Below the pieces are notes generated by a model. The model was not told the DNA's origin and did no database searches. It saw only the letters and a list, made by a program, of their open reading frames with translations. From Candidatus Latescibacterota bacterium (GTDB taxonomy: Bacteria > Latescibacterota > UBA2968 > SICM01), in contig CBDCJO010000002.1 of NCBI GenBank assembly GCA_965217865.1, positions 224,001 through 288,000 on the forward strand: a DNA stretch of 64,000 bases. The letters run 5' to 3'. Shown here piece after piece: positions 43,252 through 55,686 of this stretch; positions within the stretch are counted from its first letter, which is position 1; each line of letters opens with the position of its first letter. The position numbers were made by a program, and so were the translations under genes.

Positions 43252-44688
43252 ATGATTGAAACTATTCGTCACAATTGTGGGATATGTGTAGCACACACAT
43301 TACATGATACATACTCTTTCATCGAATCTCTTCAACATAGAGGAAGGGATGCAACTGGGATAGCAGCAGTTGGCAAGGAAAAATTAGATGTCATAAAGTG
43401 GAAAGGGGGAGTAAGTAAGGTAGATTTAGTTGATCTCCACAAAATATTCCCCGCGTCTCAATACCATACTTTTATGGCTCACGTAAGATATGCCACTCGT
43501 GGAAAGAAGCAAGACATACTACAGGAAGCTCATCCACATACAATTGGAGGGAGAGTCACGAATAACGGAGACCACATTATCATATCTGATTGCGATGTTG
43601 TTGGAGTGCATAATGGTCAGGTAGATAATAAATATTTCGCCTCCATTGATGTAAGTTCCTTAACTACTGAGTGTGACACAGAAGCTCTTCTACATTTCTA
43701 CATGCATTATGGCGAGGAAGAGCTGATTAGGCAAATCCCAGGAGCATATACTTTAGCAATCGCTGATAAAAGGGTGGAAGAGATAATGGTTATGAGAGAT
43801 CGGACAGGTATCAGGCCAGGCGTGTTGGGCTGGAAAGACGGGAACCACTGTGTAGTGTCTGAGGATATAGCGCTTCGCCAGAATGGTGGTGAATATTTGG
43901 AGGATCTCGATCCCGGATCTGTCTATTATTTACATCCAAACGGTGGGTTCACCAAGAAAAGGGTTCTAGATCCGCAGTTGTCGCATTGCTTTTTCGAATG
44001 GAACTATATGGCACACAGGGATACGGTACTGGAAGGAATATATGTTAAGAACATCCGGAGAATCCTGGGTGAGACTCTCGCGAAGGAGTTCAAGGTACAG
44101 AACTGTGACATCGTGACGTTCTTGCCGAGGGCCCCGGAGGATGCTGCTCGAGGCTATACCAAGAATAGAGGAATTCATTATGATTCAGTATTCTTTAAGT
44201 TAAGAGGCGAGAGAGCTTTTCAGGGACCCACAAGTGAGGAGAGGAGGAAATCAATTTCGAATAATTTGTTCCTTCTTCCTCAGGTTAAGGAAACTCTCAA
44301 AGGGAAGGTCGTGGTTGTTATTGATGACAGCACTGTAAGAGGGAATAATATCGAGAGAGAAAGGTTGTTGCTTCAAGACGCTCAAGTGAGGAAGATTTTC
44401 CATATAAACTATACCCCACCGATTGGTATCGTTGGTCCTGACAATGTACCGAGAGGATGCATGTTCGGGGTAGACATCTCGCCAAATGATAACTTCATTG
44501 CCCGAGGAAGGACATTGGCGGAAATCTCTCATGAAACAGGTATAGAGATGTCATATATTTCCGTCGAAGGATTGTTACGAGCGTTTGAAAAATTAGGAAT
44601 GCCGAGAGAACATCTGTGCACATACTGCATAGGAGGTTGTCACCCTTTTCTTGAAATAGAGACAGTTGGTCAATTTAACTCTGACTAG
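43252..44688 (+). CDS. purF: Amidophosphoribosyltransferase-like protein (Ntn GATase + PRTase)
   Basis: Propeptide-CGI, LQHRG, HVRYAT, HNGQ, CFFEWNY, IDDSTVRG and CTYC motifs. Confidence 0.8.
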   Translation: MIETIRHNCGICVAHTLHDTYSFIESLQHRGRDATGIAAVGKEKLDVIKWKGGVSKVDLVDLHKIFPASQYHTFMAHVRYATRGKKQDILQEAHPHTIGGRVTNNGDHIIISDCDVVGVHNGQVDNKYFASIDVSSLTTECDTEALLHFYMHYGEEELIRQIPGAYTLAIADKRVEEIMVMRDRTGIRPGVLGWKDGNHCVVSEDIALRQNGGEYLEDLDPGSVYYLHPNGGFTKKRVLDPQLSHCFFEWNYMAHRDTVLEGIYVKNIRRILGETLAKEFKVQNCDIVTFLPRAPEDAARGYTKNRGIHYDSVFFKLRGERAFQGPTSEERRKSISNNLFLLPQVKETLKGKVVVVIDDSTVRGNNIERERLLLQDAQVRKIFHINYTPPIGIVGPDNVPRGCMFGVDISPNDNFIARGRTLAEISHETGIEMSYISVEGLLRAFEKLGMPREHLCTYCIGGCHPFLEIETVGQFNSD

Positions 44689-44815
44689 AGACAGCGTGCC
44701 ATTACCAGAGGCGTTTCAGATTGACGATCCTTGGGGTAACAGGCTTCACGTTGAACAGTAAGCATAACCTTACGAAGACTTTGCACGGCAGCTTCGCTTC
44801 TTTTTATTTTCCTAA

Positions 44816-46342
44816 CAGCCTGTTGAAAAAGTGCATTTATGTCAAGATGACTGTTGTCTTTCCTTGTGGTTTGGTCCTATGATATATCAGGTTCAAACTG
44901 AGAAGGGAGGACGAGCAAATGGCAATGGGAAAACGAGGACGACAGAGACAGGAAAACCTGTTCATCGCATCGAACACTTTGGTGAAATCTCCGGGTCATC
45001 CGTTCTACGAGAAGCTGAATCAGGTATTGGAGGCGAACGGGTTCGACGAGTTCGTCGAAGGGCTTTGCCAGCGGTATTACGCTCCTCATATGGGTCGCAA
45101 GGGCATTCCGCCCGGGGTTTATTTTCGGATGCTTTTGATTGGGTATTTCGAGGGACTTGATTCGGAACGTGGGATCGAATGGCGTGTATCCGACTCGCTG
45201 ACGTTGCGCCGGTTTTTGGGGTACGACCTTGACGAACAGACCCCGGATCATTCAAGCCTGTCTCGCATCCGGCATCGGCTTCCCTTGGAAGTTCACGAAG
45301 CGGTTTTCAAGTGGATCCTGAGGGTCTTGTGCAAAGCGGATCTGGTGAAGGGGAAGACGTTGGGCGTGGATGCTACGACACTGGAGGCCAACGCCGCGAT
45401 GCGCAGCATTGTACGCCGTGACACGGGTGAAGGCTACCAGGCATTCCTTGAGAATCTGGCCAAGGCCTCGGGCATTGAAACGCCTACCCGCGAGGACTTG
45501 TCCAAGATCGATAAGAAGCGACCGAAGAAGGGATCGAACCAGGACTGGGAGCACCCGCACGACCCGGATGCCAAGATCGCTAAAATGAAGGACGGTCGCA
45601 CGCACATGGCGCACAAGGTGGAGCACGCGGTGGATCTGGACACCAATGCCATTGTGGCAGTGGCGTTGTCGGGAGCAGATGAAGGAGATACCGGGTCGTT
45701 GTCCTGGACGCTGCTCGAGGCGCAGCTCAATCTCAAGCAGGTCGCGAAGGACGAAAAAGCTGCCAAACGTTTGCACAGACAGCGTATACGGGAGGTGGTT
45801 GCGGACAAAGGATATCATAGCAACGATGTATTGACCAGTCTGAAGCAAGGCGGCATCCGGAGTTACATTTCTGAACCGGATCGGGGACGCCGCAAGTGGA
45901 ACGGCCGACGAGATGAGCAGGCCGCGGTATATGCGAATCGACGCCGGATCAAGGGAGATCGCGGCAAGGTCTTGCGCCGAAGTCGTGCAGAACGGGTGGA
46001 AAGAACCATCGCTCACACATATGATACCGGTGGCATGCGCAGGTTGCACTTGAGAGACCGCGGCAATATCCTCAAGCGTTTGCTGATCCATATCGGGGGC
46101 TGCAACCTGGCTCTGCTCATGCGCAAAGTGATGGGCGTAGGTACTCCGAAGGCCCTCCAGGACCTGGCCAAGGCCTTGCAGCGTCTACTGCTCGTCCTAC
46201 AATCACGCTTTGCTGCCCTCGGTCACCTTTTTAACCTCTTATCAGCGTCTCCTGCTCAATCTCCTTACCTTGATTTATCCGACCCGCACTCCAGGCGTCT
46301 TTTCCGTTTATGTGTGTTGAAACGTAGTTCTTCAACGGGCTG
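44816..46342 (+). mobile_element. IS1182/IS5-like insertion sequence
   Basis: TIR cagcctgttgaa/ttcaacgggctg; CTAA TSD. Confidence 0.9.
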
Positions 46343-46346
46343 CTAA
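44919..46346 (+). CDS. DDE transposase (DUF772 + DDE)
   Basis: PDHSSLSR, VDAT, ADKGY and RVER motifs. Confidence 0.9.
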   Translation: MAMGKRGRQRQENLFIASNTLVKSPGHPFYEKLNQVLEANGFDEFVEGLCQRYYAPHMGRKGIPPGVYFRMLLIGYFEGLDSERGIEWRVSDSLTLRRFLGYDLDEQTPDHSSLSRIRHRLPLEVHEAVFKWILRVLCKADLVKGKTLGVDATTLEANAAMRSIVRRDTGEGYQAFLENLAKASGIETPTREDLSKIDKKRPKKGSNQDWEHPHDPDAKIAKMKDGRTHMAHKVEHAVDLDTNAIVAVALSGADEGDTGSLSWTLLEAQLNLKQVAKDEKAAKRLHRQRIREVVADKGYHSNDVLTSLKQGGIRSYISEPDRGRRKWNGRRDEQAAVYANRRRIKGDRGKVLRRSRAERVERTIAHTYDTGGMRRLHLRDRGNILKRLLIHIGGCNLALLMRKVMGVGTPKALQDLAKALQRLLLVLQSRFAALGHLFNLLSASPAQSPYLDLSDPHSRRLFRLCVLKRSSSTGC

Positions 46347-46636
46347 CCATCTCAGGGCTTCTCAGAAATGGGGGGCTACTAAAGATATGAGGTGGTGCAA
46401 ATGGCATCAAACCAAAATGAGTGGGTTTCGTAGAACCTGAAATCTGGAAACCTGAAAAGGAAGGAGACTCTGTTGATTTCAGCTTTTTTCTCAGTATTGG
46501 ATCATTAATTGGCTAAATGTGATTAAACGTTTTGTTTTTTCTGATCGGGATCTACATAACACAATCTGATAATCGAAACCGAGTGCGAACGCTTACAACT
46601 ATTTCCTGGTGGCTTCTCCATCGTATCCTTGTGATA

Positions 46637-47345
46637 TGCCCCTGGGAAAAGTGGACAGTGGTTTAAGCCGCTTTCTGCAGCGATAGGCGTTCAAAAAGGG
46701 CCGGGGACACATAGTCCAGGTAAGCGTGCAGCCGCTGATTGTTGTAAAACATTTCGATGTACTCGAAGAGTTCGCGCTCTGCATGATCGAGGTCGATCAA
46801 GTCGACGTGATACAGCCATTCGGTCTTCAAGGTATTGAAGAATGACTCGGAGACGGCATTGTCCCAGCAATCGGCCTTCTTGCTCATGCTTTGAACAAAC
46901 TGATGCGCGTTCGACGGCCTTTCGGAAGCCATCGCAGCAAAGTGGTGGGCCTTTATGAACCTGAATCTGCTTTCGGTGTCTTTGAGAAGATGGCCACTAC
47001 TTTGTTTAGGATGTCCCGTTCTTCCCGCGCGATGTCAAGCTCTCGACGTAAACAGCGGTTCTCCTCCTCCAAAGGCTTCTGGTGACCTGTACCTGGGAAC
47101 GCATCGATCGGGTCTGCCTCCAGCTCATCACGCCAGCGCCGGATCGCCCCCTGGTATAATCCCAGGTCCCGTTCTATCTGCCGGTCCGTCTTTCCACTGG
47201 TGTCAGCCAGACGCACCGACTCTCTCTTGAACTCAGAATCATACCGCTTTCCCGGATGTGAAGCTCCTTGACCTTTCATAGACACACCTCCTATACCTAC
47301 AAAATATACTACCTCTTGGTGTGTCCACAATCCCCAAACAGGTCA
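46637..47345 (-). mobile_element. Internally deleted IS3-family element
   Basis: orfA (RYDSEFKRESV, 46953-47279) and orfB tail (CWDNAVSESFF, 46663-46890); gtggaca/tgtccac IRs. Confidence 0.8.
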
Positions 47346-48025
47346 GTTGTTTGAGTGGAGTGAGCACTCGAAACTTTCGTCGTTCCGACGCGATGTCCTC
47401 CGACCAATGCATAAGGACAAAGTCATCGAGTATGACGAGGTGGACGATATTTTCTATCTATCACCGCTTGGGGTAGATGAAGTGGAGACGTTACTGCTGA
47501 CCGATTCTACGGTCGCCTAGGGCGTTCGTGGTCTCCACGTTCGCGGTCCAACAGGCCTTATATCGGATTCCCCGAACCTTTTATAGGAGGAAGTTTCGGG
47601 TCGTGCTCAGATCACGCAGACATGGAGTAAGATTTCTTGGGAGCGTAAACTTCGCCCAATAGTCCGTGAAATAGCAAAGTCCTCAAACGTATCATACCAA
47701 AAAGGCCTTCAAAAGCTGGCTCAATCCCTATCAGTGATCCAGCAAGTTCCCTACCATTCCAGTACATTCGGTTTGAAAAGGAAAACGCTCAACGCGTTGG
47801 ATTCTCGGGAGGCCGCTATATCTTATGTCCGTGAGGTTCTTGTCCCGAGAGCGAAAAGTGGAGAAATAACGATAATTGTTGCTCGCAGGGCGCGGGACTG
47901 GGGTGTTCCGAATGGAAGACATATCATTGTGTACAGGTCATCTGAATCCCGTGGGCAACATCTATCACTTAATAGTCGAGGAGGAAAGGCCATTACGAAA
48001 AGGCTTGGGATATGACCATTCTCCT

Positions 48026-48295
48026 TCAGCTCTCCGGCACATATGGCGATTTCCATAATTGACGAATATCATCGATTTCCTGCTTGATCATGGCAATCCG
48101 CTCTATTCCCAGCCCAAAAGCAAATCCGCTTACCCTCTTTACATTGAAACCCGCCTTGCGTAACATATCTTCTTTCAGAAGCCCGCAGCCGCCCATTCCA
48201 AACCATTTTTCGTTCCATCTGATATCGAATTCAATACCAGATTCGACGAACTTGAAATCATGATTGCGCCAACGGATCTCGACTTCTCCGAACAC
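48026..48295 (-). pseudogene. pheS: PheRS alpha-like C-terminal fragment
   Basis: GGCGL...GFAFGLGIERIAM...DIR motif 3. Confidence 0.7.
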
Positions 48296-48299
48296 CGCT

Positions 48300-49086
48300 G
48301 CTGAAGTGGATTGCAGCCGAGAAGGCGCGGTTGGTGGAGGCGAGGATTCGGAGGGGAAAGGTACTTCCCACTATCGACTGTGATGAGGCTCTTTTCGGGA
48401 TTCCTTCGGAGTGGTGTTGGGTGAGGTTTGGAAGCATCGCCGACTTCTCGGCTGGTCGCACACCAACTCGAAACGAGCCGTCCTTCTGGAATACCGGCGA
48501 CCACCCGTGGGTCAGCATCGCAGACATGAACGATGGCGAGACACTCACAGCGACAAAGGAAGCGATCAGCAGGGAGGCGGCCAAGCGGATCTTTCGGTCT
48601 CAGCCCGAACAAGTCGGCACGATGATTATGAGCTTCAAGCTGACGATCGGAAAAATCGCGAGACTTGGTATTCCTGCCTACCATAACGAAGCCATCATCG
48701 CGATACGTCCGTATATTGAGGAAGTAGACCCTTACTTGATCAAGGCATTGCCGTTTTTCGCGCGTCAAGGCGACACGAAAGGGGCAATAAAGGGCGCAAC
48801 CCTAAATCGAGAATCGATTTCCAACATACCCATTCCTCTCCCACCCCTAGCCGAACAACACCGCATCGTCGCCAAGGTCGATGAACTCATGGCCCTGTGC
48901 GATCGACTGGAGGAGAGTCTTGCCGCTGGCGACGACACCCGCAGCCGCCTGCTTGACGCACTGCTGCACGAAGCACTGTCGCCGAGCAAGGAGGAAATCC
49001 GGCAGGTTACGAACACGATCGCTCAAAAAGTGCCGGACAAACCGTCACCGAAAGTGCTGACCGAGTCAACACCGATCCGTACGTGA
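48300..49086 (+). pseudogene. hsdS: Half HsdS (one TRD plus C-terminal helix)
   Basis: IPSEWCWVRFG and PLPPLAEQHRIVAKVDELMALCDRLE. Confidence 0.8.
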
Positions 49087-49272
49087 ACTGAATGAGCCTT
49101 CCAAACATCAATTTCGAGAATATTCGCCCGTTCAACGGAAGATGCTCGGCTGGATTCGAGAGTAATGTGTTGCCAAATCGCCTCTTTGGAACCAGCATCG
49201 TCGGGAGAAAACTGCTATCGAAAGGGCTGTGGCGGGGACGGAGGTGCCAACGTCGACTAGTGGAGCGTAGGC

Positions 49273-49690
49273 ATGAGGTTTAAGAGCGCCACAATCAAAG
49301 ACTTTAAACGGTTCACCAACCTGACCGTTCAGGGCATCCCCGACACCGCGCGCCTGATTGTGCTCGCAGGTCCGAACGGGTGTGGCAAGTCCTCCTTCTT
49401 CGATGCGCTGCAGACCTGGCACAATTGGACATCAAAGAAACATCCAGCATGGGACATGGATTATCGCGTCAAAGCTGGTTCACCCAGCCGCGACCAATGG
49501 ACCAACGATGTCGTGTTGGAGTTTCACGATTCTTTTCCTGAAGAGCGAAAAAAGGTCTTCTACGTGAGGTCCGCGTATAGAAACGACCCCGACTTTCAGA
49601 TTCATCAACTCAAACGGACTGGAGATCCTTTGGATGAAGTACGCGTCAGCCGCATGATCGACAACGATGCCGCCGTCAGTCGAAACTATC
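49273..49690 (+). pseudogene. ABC/AAA ATPase N-terminal fragment
   Basis: IKDFKRF and GPNGCGKSS; then runs into an opposite-strand gene. Confidence 0.7.
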
Positions 49691-50850
49691 AGGGACTCGG
49701 TAGTCCGAGGCATCCGTCGGGAATAACTACGCACGAAACATCCTCCGCCGTGAAACCCCCCGGTCGGCTCATTGCCGTCGGATCAGTGATGATACGGGGA
49801 CTTCGTTGTAAGCCTTTGAGTGTGCATTGTAGGAAAGTCGCTGATACTGCCTCCGCTGCCATTCGAGGGTCAACTATTCCTGGGTCCATATTGGCTATCT
49901 CTCGCGATTCAAACATGGGCGAATGGGCGGTCGGAATGTTGTACATACTGGAGAGAGCGTGCGTTAGCATGGCCTCGACGCCCCCCCAAGGATTCACCAT
50001 GGCACCCCGAGCGTCGAAAGTAACCTTGGTGAAACTCAGGAGGCACGTCGATCACGGAAGAAATCGCTACGGCATCATACTGTCCACGACGATCGTCGAG
50101 CAGTCTGCAAAGGCTTTCCATGTCCTCGACACGACCCGCAGCTCTCCCCGAGGGCGAATGACGAGCCCGAAGTTTCACAGGTGGATCAAGGCAAACCACC
50201 TCTGGACACAAGAGACCATAAGCTGCCCGTGCGCCGCTTACCGCGTTAACTGCTGAATTAACGAACATCTCGTCTTCATGGGTGTCAATCACTACCAGAA
50301 CTCGATTGGAGCGGACCCGTTGAAGCCCAGCCGTCCCCATTAACAGCCACGTTATGACACTTCCCTCGACATAGAGAGCACTTTGCGGCATCTCGTTCAG
50401 GTCCGAAGCGTTGACCACGTTCGGATGGAGGACGAGCGTGTCCGATACTTCAGCGAGCATTCGGGCGACTGGACCGGCATCGCCGGCATGTCCACCGATC
50501 TCCGCACCTACTCCGGTTGGTACGAGAAGCACCACATTGAATTGGCTCCCGTTTTCTACAAACCGTAACTGAAAATCGAATATCGAACCATTTTGTAAGT
50601 GTCGTTCGGACGAGCTGCGGATGGCTCCATACTCACACCGATAGCCCGCCGAACTTGTCGATGTCACCACGAACCTGACGACAGATTCTCCATCAGGTAC
50701 GTTCTGCTCATAAACATGCCTGAGATGTGGCAGCAATCCCTTGTGTCCCGCAATAGATGCCTTCAGGTCGTGCTTCGTATCCGTGGTCGTTGCGGATTGA
50801 AACCCCCAATGTGTTTTTGGAACCGGCGTCACTGCGCGCAGGATTGTCAA
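49689..50850 (-). pseudogene. DUF3326-domain protein fragment, frameshifted
   Basis: VPTGVGAEIGGHAGDA, HPNVVNASD and NPWGGVEAMLTH motifs. Confidence 0.75.
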
Positions 50851-51503
50851 CAGCGTTTGGTCAAGCGCTGCAGGACCCGGCAAATGCTCAACTGGCAGAG
50901 GCTCTGGCAGCGCTGGATGCGCCCACACTGGGTGGAAATGGCAATGGGTCAGTGGTAGACGAACTGACCACAACGTTTACGACCAATACGGCGAGAATCC
51001 CGTATGGGACCATCACGGCCGAGCAGGCAACCGATCCAGTGTCCGTGATGCTGACCTATCGAAATTTTGGCAAGGTGACGATCTACGGCGCGGATCTGGC
51101 CTTTGCCTATTATCCCGACGATGCCTGGACGGTTACGGGAAACTTTTCGTATGTTAGCGAAGATCTGTTTCCAAATCTGGACAACCTTGGGGATGTTGCG
51201 TTGAATGCGCCCACCCGGAAATTCAACCTTGGCATCGAATACAAAGTGCCCAATACCCGTTTGAGCCTGGGTGGGGAAGTGCGTTATCGTGGGAAATTCC
51301 CGATGAGTTCGGGCGTGTTTGTCGGACATGTGGATTCTTATGCGGTGGTGGATGGGAACGCCACCTACGAAATTCCTATGGAGCAGGCGCGTGTGACGTT
51401 GAGTTTGGATGCCAGCAACCTCCTGAACCGAAAATATCGGTCTTTTGTGGGGGCGCCGGAAATTGGACGGCTGGTGTCGGCAGGATTGGCGGTTCGTTTC
51501 TGA
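50850..51503 (+). pseudogene. TonB-dependent receptor C-terminal fragment
   Basis: Beta-strand pattern, NLLNRKY and terminal VRF. Confidence 0.75.
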
Positions 51504-52038
51504 ATCGCAGAGGGCCGATGATCTCCTCGGCCCGACCCCGGAGGTGTGAAAACACTACGGTTGTTATTACGTTGGACACAATTTAAGGTAACATGGTGAT
51601 ATCAGTTTCAATGGCTGGACGTCTTCTACGCACAAAGACACGCCAGGGGGCAAAGACCCCTCTCATCAGCCCCTGCCGTGGGACACGCGTTAGCGTAGCC
51701 CCAAAGGGGCTGCTTCTATCCGCACCTATAATCGTAAACGCGGAGAAGGTTATGAGAACGAAGCCAAAGCCCCACGGCCTTCGGAGTTGTCCTCGCTCGT
51801 GCCTCAGCAAGGACGGGCCGGAGCTTAAAGTTCGCCTTCGGCGGAAGATTCCTCAGGTGGTTCTTCATAGGCTTCTGTCTCGCGATTCCACCACGCGTAG
51901 TCCCAGGCGTCGGCGTCACTAGAGGGTTCGACCGCCGATTCGGCGATCCATTGACGTACCGGCTGATGTCCGGGTTTCTGCAGCACTTTCACCTGATACA
52001 TGAGCCTCACTACCTACGGATCCCTTCTAGGCTAGACT

Positions 52039-55000
52039 ATGCGTGCAGCGATGTCGTTGGAGATGAACAACCTGCTTGAACAAGCCACTGTCGCTCTCTG
52101 CGGGGCATTGGAGGAGTTCCTCCCTTCGCTCTCGGACACGTGGTGGGAAACCTGCGTGAAATCAAAGCTCTCTTTTCAACAGCACCAGCGCGTTATGCAG
52201 CGCAGCATTTCCCGCCTCGACCAACTTGACTTGGCAACACTACTTCGTCTCGTGGGCCAAAACTGGTATGAGTTGGCTGATTCGCACAACTGGCCATATC
52301 AGGGCCGCAACTTCGTCAAGGAGATGCAAACGGTCCGCAACCGCTGGGCGCATGCCGAGGTTACCGCGCCCCCGAGAGAGGATATCTATCGGGACCTCGA
52401 CACACTCCATCGCTTTCTAGCCCTTGTTTGTCCGGAATCAGAGCTGACGGAACGTGTGGCTGACGAGAAGAAGCAGATCCTCACCGAACAGCCGGAGCAC
52501 CCGCAACAGCCTCATCCATCCAAGAGTGCCTCGACACAGTTCTCTTTGGGGGATGTGGTAAGGCTACGGGCAGATCCTGAGAAGTCCGGCGCCGTTACAT
52601 CCGTCCACCCGATGGGACAGGAAACGCGCTATCAGGTCTTCATCAACGGGAAGGTTGGCTCCTTCTATGAAAGCCAGCTTCAGCTTGCAGAGGCAACTTC
52701 GGAGGCGGATTGGGTCGTCCCGCTCCAGGAATTCCACGCACGCTTGACCGCTCTACAGCTTCTCCATCCGAGCGTCTCGAAACTCTATTCACTCCACGCA
52801 GCGCGCATTGATCTCATCCCTTACCAGTTCCGTCCGGTCCTGAAGTTTATTCAATCTGACCGACCCAGGCTACTGATTGCCGACAGCGTTGGTGTCGGGA
52901 AGACGATTGAAGCCGGTTTGATTCTGCGCGAGTTGCAGGCGCGTCGCGACATACGCCGTGTTCTAATTGTCTGTCCCCGCCCACTCGTAACCGAGGAGAA
53001 ATGGCGCCTTGAGATGAAGCGGTTCGACGAGCGCTTCGAACACCTGGATGGCCCTAAATTGCGATACTGCATTTCGGAAACGGATCTGGACGGCGGATGG
53101 CCTCAGCAGTACGAGAAGGCAATTCTACCTTTTACGCTTTTGGCCGAGGAGTTCCTGCACGGCCGAGGTAAAAGGAAGGGTATTCTCGACTTGGACCCGC
53201 CACCGCAGTTCGATTTAGTCATCGTCGATGAGGCGCACCACATCCGTAACACAGAGACTCAGCGCCATCAAGCGGTCCGCTTCTTGTGCGACCACGCCGA
53301 AGCCGTCGTCTTCCTCACGGCTACCCCCATCCAATTGGGTGAACGTGACCTGTATGTCCTTCTCAACACCCTCCGTCCTGATGTCATCATCGATCAGGCT
53401 GGTTACACCGCGATCACGGAACCCAATGTGCACATCAATGAAGCTGCACTCATTGCCAGAGCCGGCGAGCCGGGCTGGGCCGGTCAGGCGAAGGCCGCAT
53501 TAGGCCGGGCGGCCGAGACTCCATGGGGGACAACCGTCCTCCAAGAAGACCCCCACTTTCAGAACATCTATGACGCACTGGGTGATTTCGGCGACGATCG
53601 GTCCAGGCGAGTCCAGGCCATACGCGAGATTGAACAGCTGCACACGTTGTCCGGTTTGATGAACCGGACACTTCGTCGAGATATTGGCGAGTTCACTCAG
53701 CGCAAGCCCGAAACGGTGCCCGTAGATTTCACTCCAGAGCAGCGCCAACTACATGACGCCGTGCTCGCTGCTCAGGCGTCGATCTATACGGCCCTCCACG
53801 GGGACTGGGCAGTGAATTTCCTACTGACCACAATCCGCCGCCAGGCCGCCAGCTGCATCCACGGTCTGGCTCCGCTTCTCCGCGACATCCTCACCCGAAG
53901 GATCGGAGAACTAGTACCAACCTGCGGAAATTCGCGTAATCTGATTTCCTAGCAAAAACAGGATGTTAAGGGCGGATTTGCACGCATAAACTTGCGCAGC
54001 TAAGTACTAGAATGGGACGAACTGGTGGACGCTGAGGGAGCGTCGGCAGGTGCCGACGATGCCGTCCCGAGGATCCGAGAGCTGGTGAACGAGGCGCTGG
54101 CCTTGGCGGAGAGACTGCCGCTCGGGACGGCTCGAGATCCGAAGTTCCAGGCTCTACGGAAAGTGCTGGAACAGAAGAAGGCCCTCACTAATAACAAGGT
54201 CATGCTGTTCAGCACCTTCCGCCACACACTCGCCTATCTCAACGGGGCCCTTCGAGAATCCGGATACCGTGTCGGTCTCATTCATGGGGGAGTCGATGAC
54301 GATGAACGTATCGCACTCCGCGCGTGCTTCGAGAAGGACCCACAGGATCCCGAGGCTCTTGATATCCTTCTTTTCTCCGAAGTCGGTTGCGAAGGTCTTG
54401 ACTACCAGTTCTGCGACTGCATTGTAAATTACGATCTTCCATGGAATCCTATGCAAATCGACCAACGCATCGGGCGCATCGACCGATGGGGTCAGGCGAG
54501 TGAAGCCATCGCGATCTATAATCTGATTACTTCCGGCACGGTTGACGCTGACATTTACGAGCGGTGTCTTCTCCGCATCGGGGTCTTCGAACGCGCCCTG
54601 GGAGCAAACGAGGTCATTCTCGGCAAAATCACACGGGAACTCACGAGTGTCGGTGAGAACCTGATGCTCACCAAGGAGGAACGACAAGCCAAGCTTGATC
54701 AACTAGCCGACAACAGCATCCGTCTGGTCAAGGAACAGCGGGACCTCGAGAACCGTCAGACGGAGCTATTCGGTTTACGGCTTCCGGCAGACCAGTTCCA
54801 ACAAGACGTAGACGACGCCACAAGTTACTGGCTGACCCCCGACTCTATCGACCGCCTCGTCACCCACTATCTGAAATCCGTCACCGGAAAAGAAGAGGCC
54901 CCTGTCCTCGGCGACGGGCCGAAGAAGACGCTGCGCATTTCGAGAACGGGCCGGGATGCGTTGCTCGCTGACTTCGTCAAACTAACAAGCCGCGTATCCA

Positions 55001-55683
55001 CCGTCGCACGGGAGTGGGAAATGTGGCTGAAGGGAGCTGAGCCCAATCTTTCCGTGACCTACGATTCAGCCTGCGCAAAGGATGACAGAACCGTGACCTT
55101 GATTACACCAGTCCATCTGCTAGCGCAACAAGCTGCCCACGCGGTGGCGGACGCAGACCAGGGACGCCCGTTGACCGGAATCGAGGTCTCAACCCCCAAT
55201 ATCACGCCGGGTGACTATCCATTTGCTGTCTACCAGTGGCAGTTCCACGGAATTCGCAACGACATCGAGTTCCAGCCGGTGACTACGCAGCCTGACCTAA
55301 CGGCCGAGTTTATTCGGCTCTTGCCGGGTGGCAGGGAATGCGCTCTATCCGGTGGTGGTCTCTCCCAACAGGACCGGGACAGTATCGAACAGCAGCATTA
55401 CCGGTTCTGGTCCGATGCCCGCGCCGAGCATGTTGAAGAAACCACTCGACTAGCCGATTTCCGGCGAGGAAGCCTTGAGACAAGTCACAAAGCCCGCATG
55501 GCCATCCTCGAATCTCAGCTTACCCAAGCGGCGAACGAACGCATCCGAATCATGAAGGCATCTCAACAAAAAAACGCCCAAGCCGACTACGAACGCCGGT
55601 CCAAGGAAATAGACGAGGCTACAAACAAGGCTGACATCACCGCCAAGCCCATCGCATGGGGAATCATCCGCGTGAGTACGTAG
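52039..55683 (+). pseudogene. Swt1-HEPN + SNF2 (RapA-like) helicase interrupted by a MITE
   Basis: RNRWAH, ADSVGVGKT, DEAH, TATP | EGLDYQ, QRIGRIDR; MITE removal restores one frame (IGELEWDELVD). Confidence 0.88.
53915..54006. mobile_element. 92-bp MITE, copy 3
   Basis: CTAG direct repeats at 53911-14 and 54007-10. Confidence 0.9.
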
Positions 55684-55686
55684 ACC

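Noticed and set aside
49273-50256. 327-aa ATPase
   Set aside because: The C-terminal half is the antisense of the DUF3326 fragment
53911-54010. MITE as a tolerated in-frame insertion or readthrough element
   Set aside because: Contains both TAG and TAA in the helicase frame
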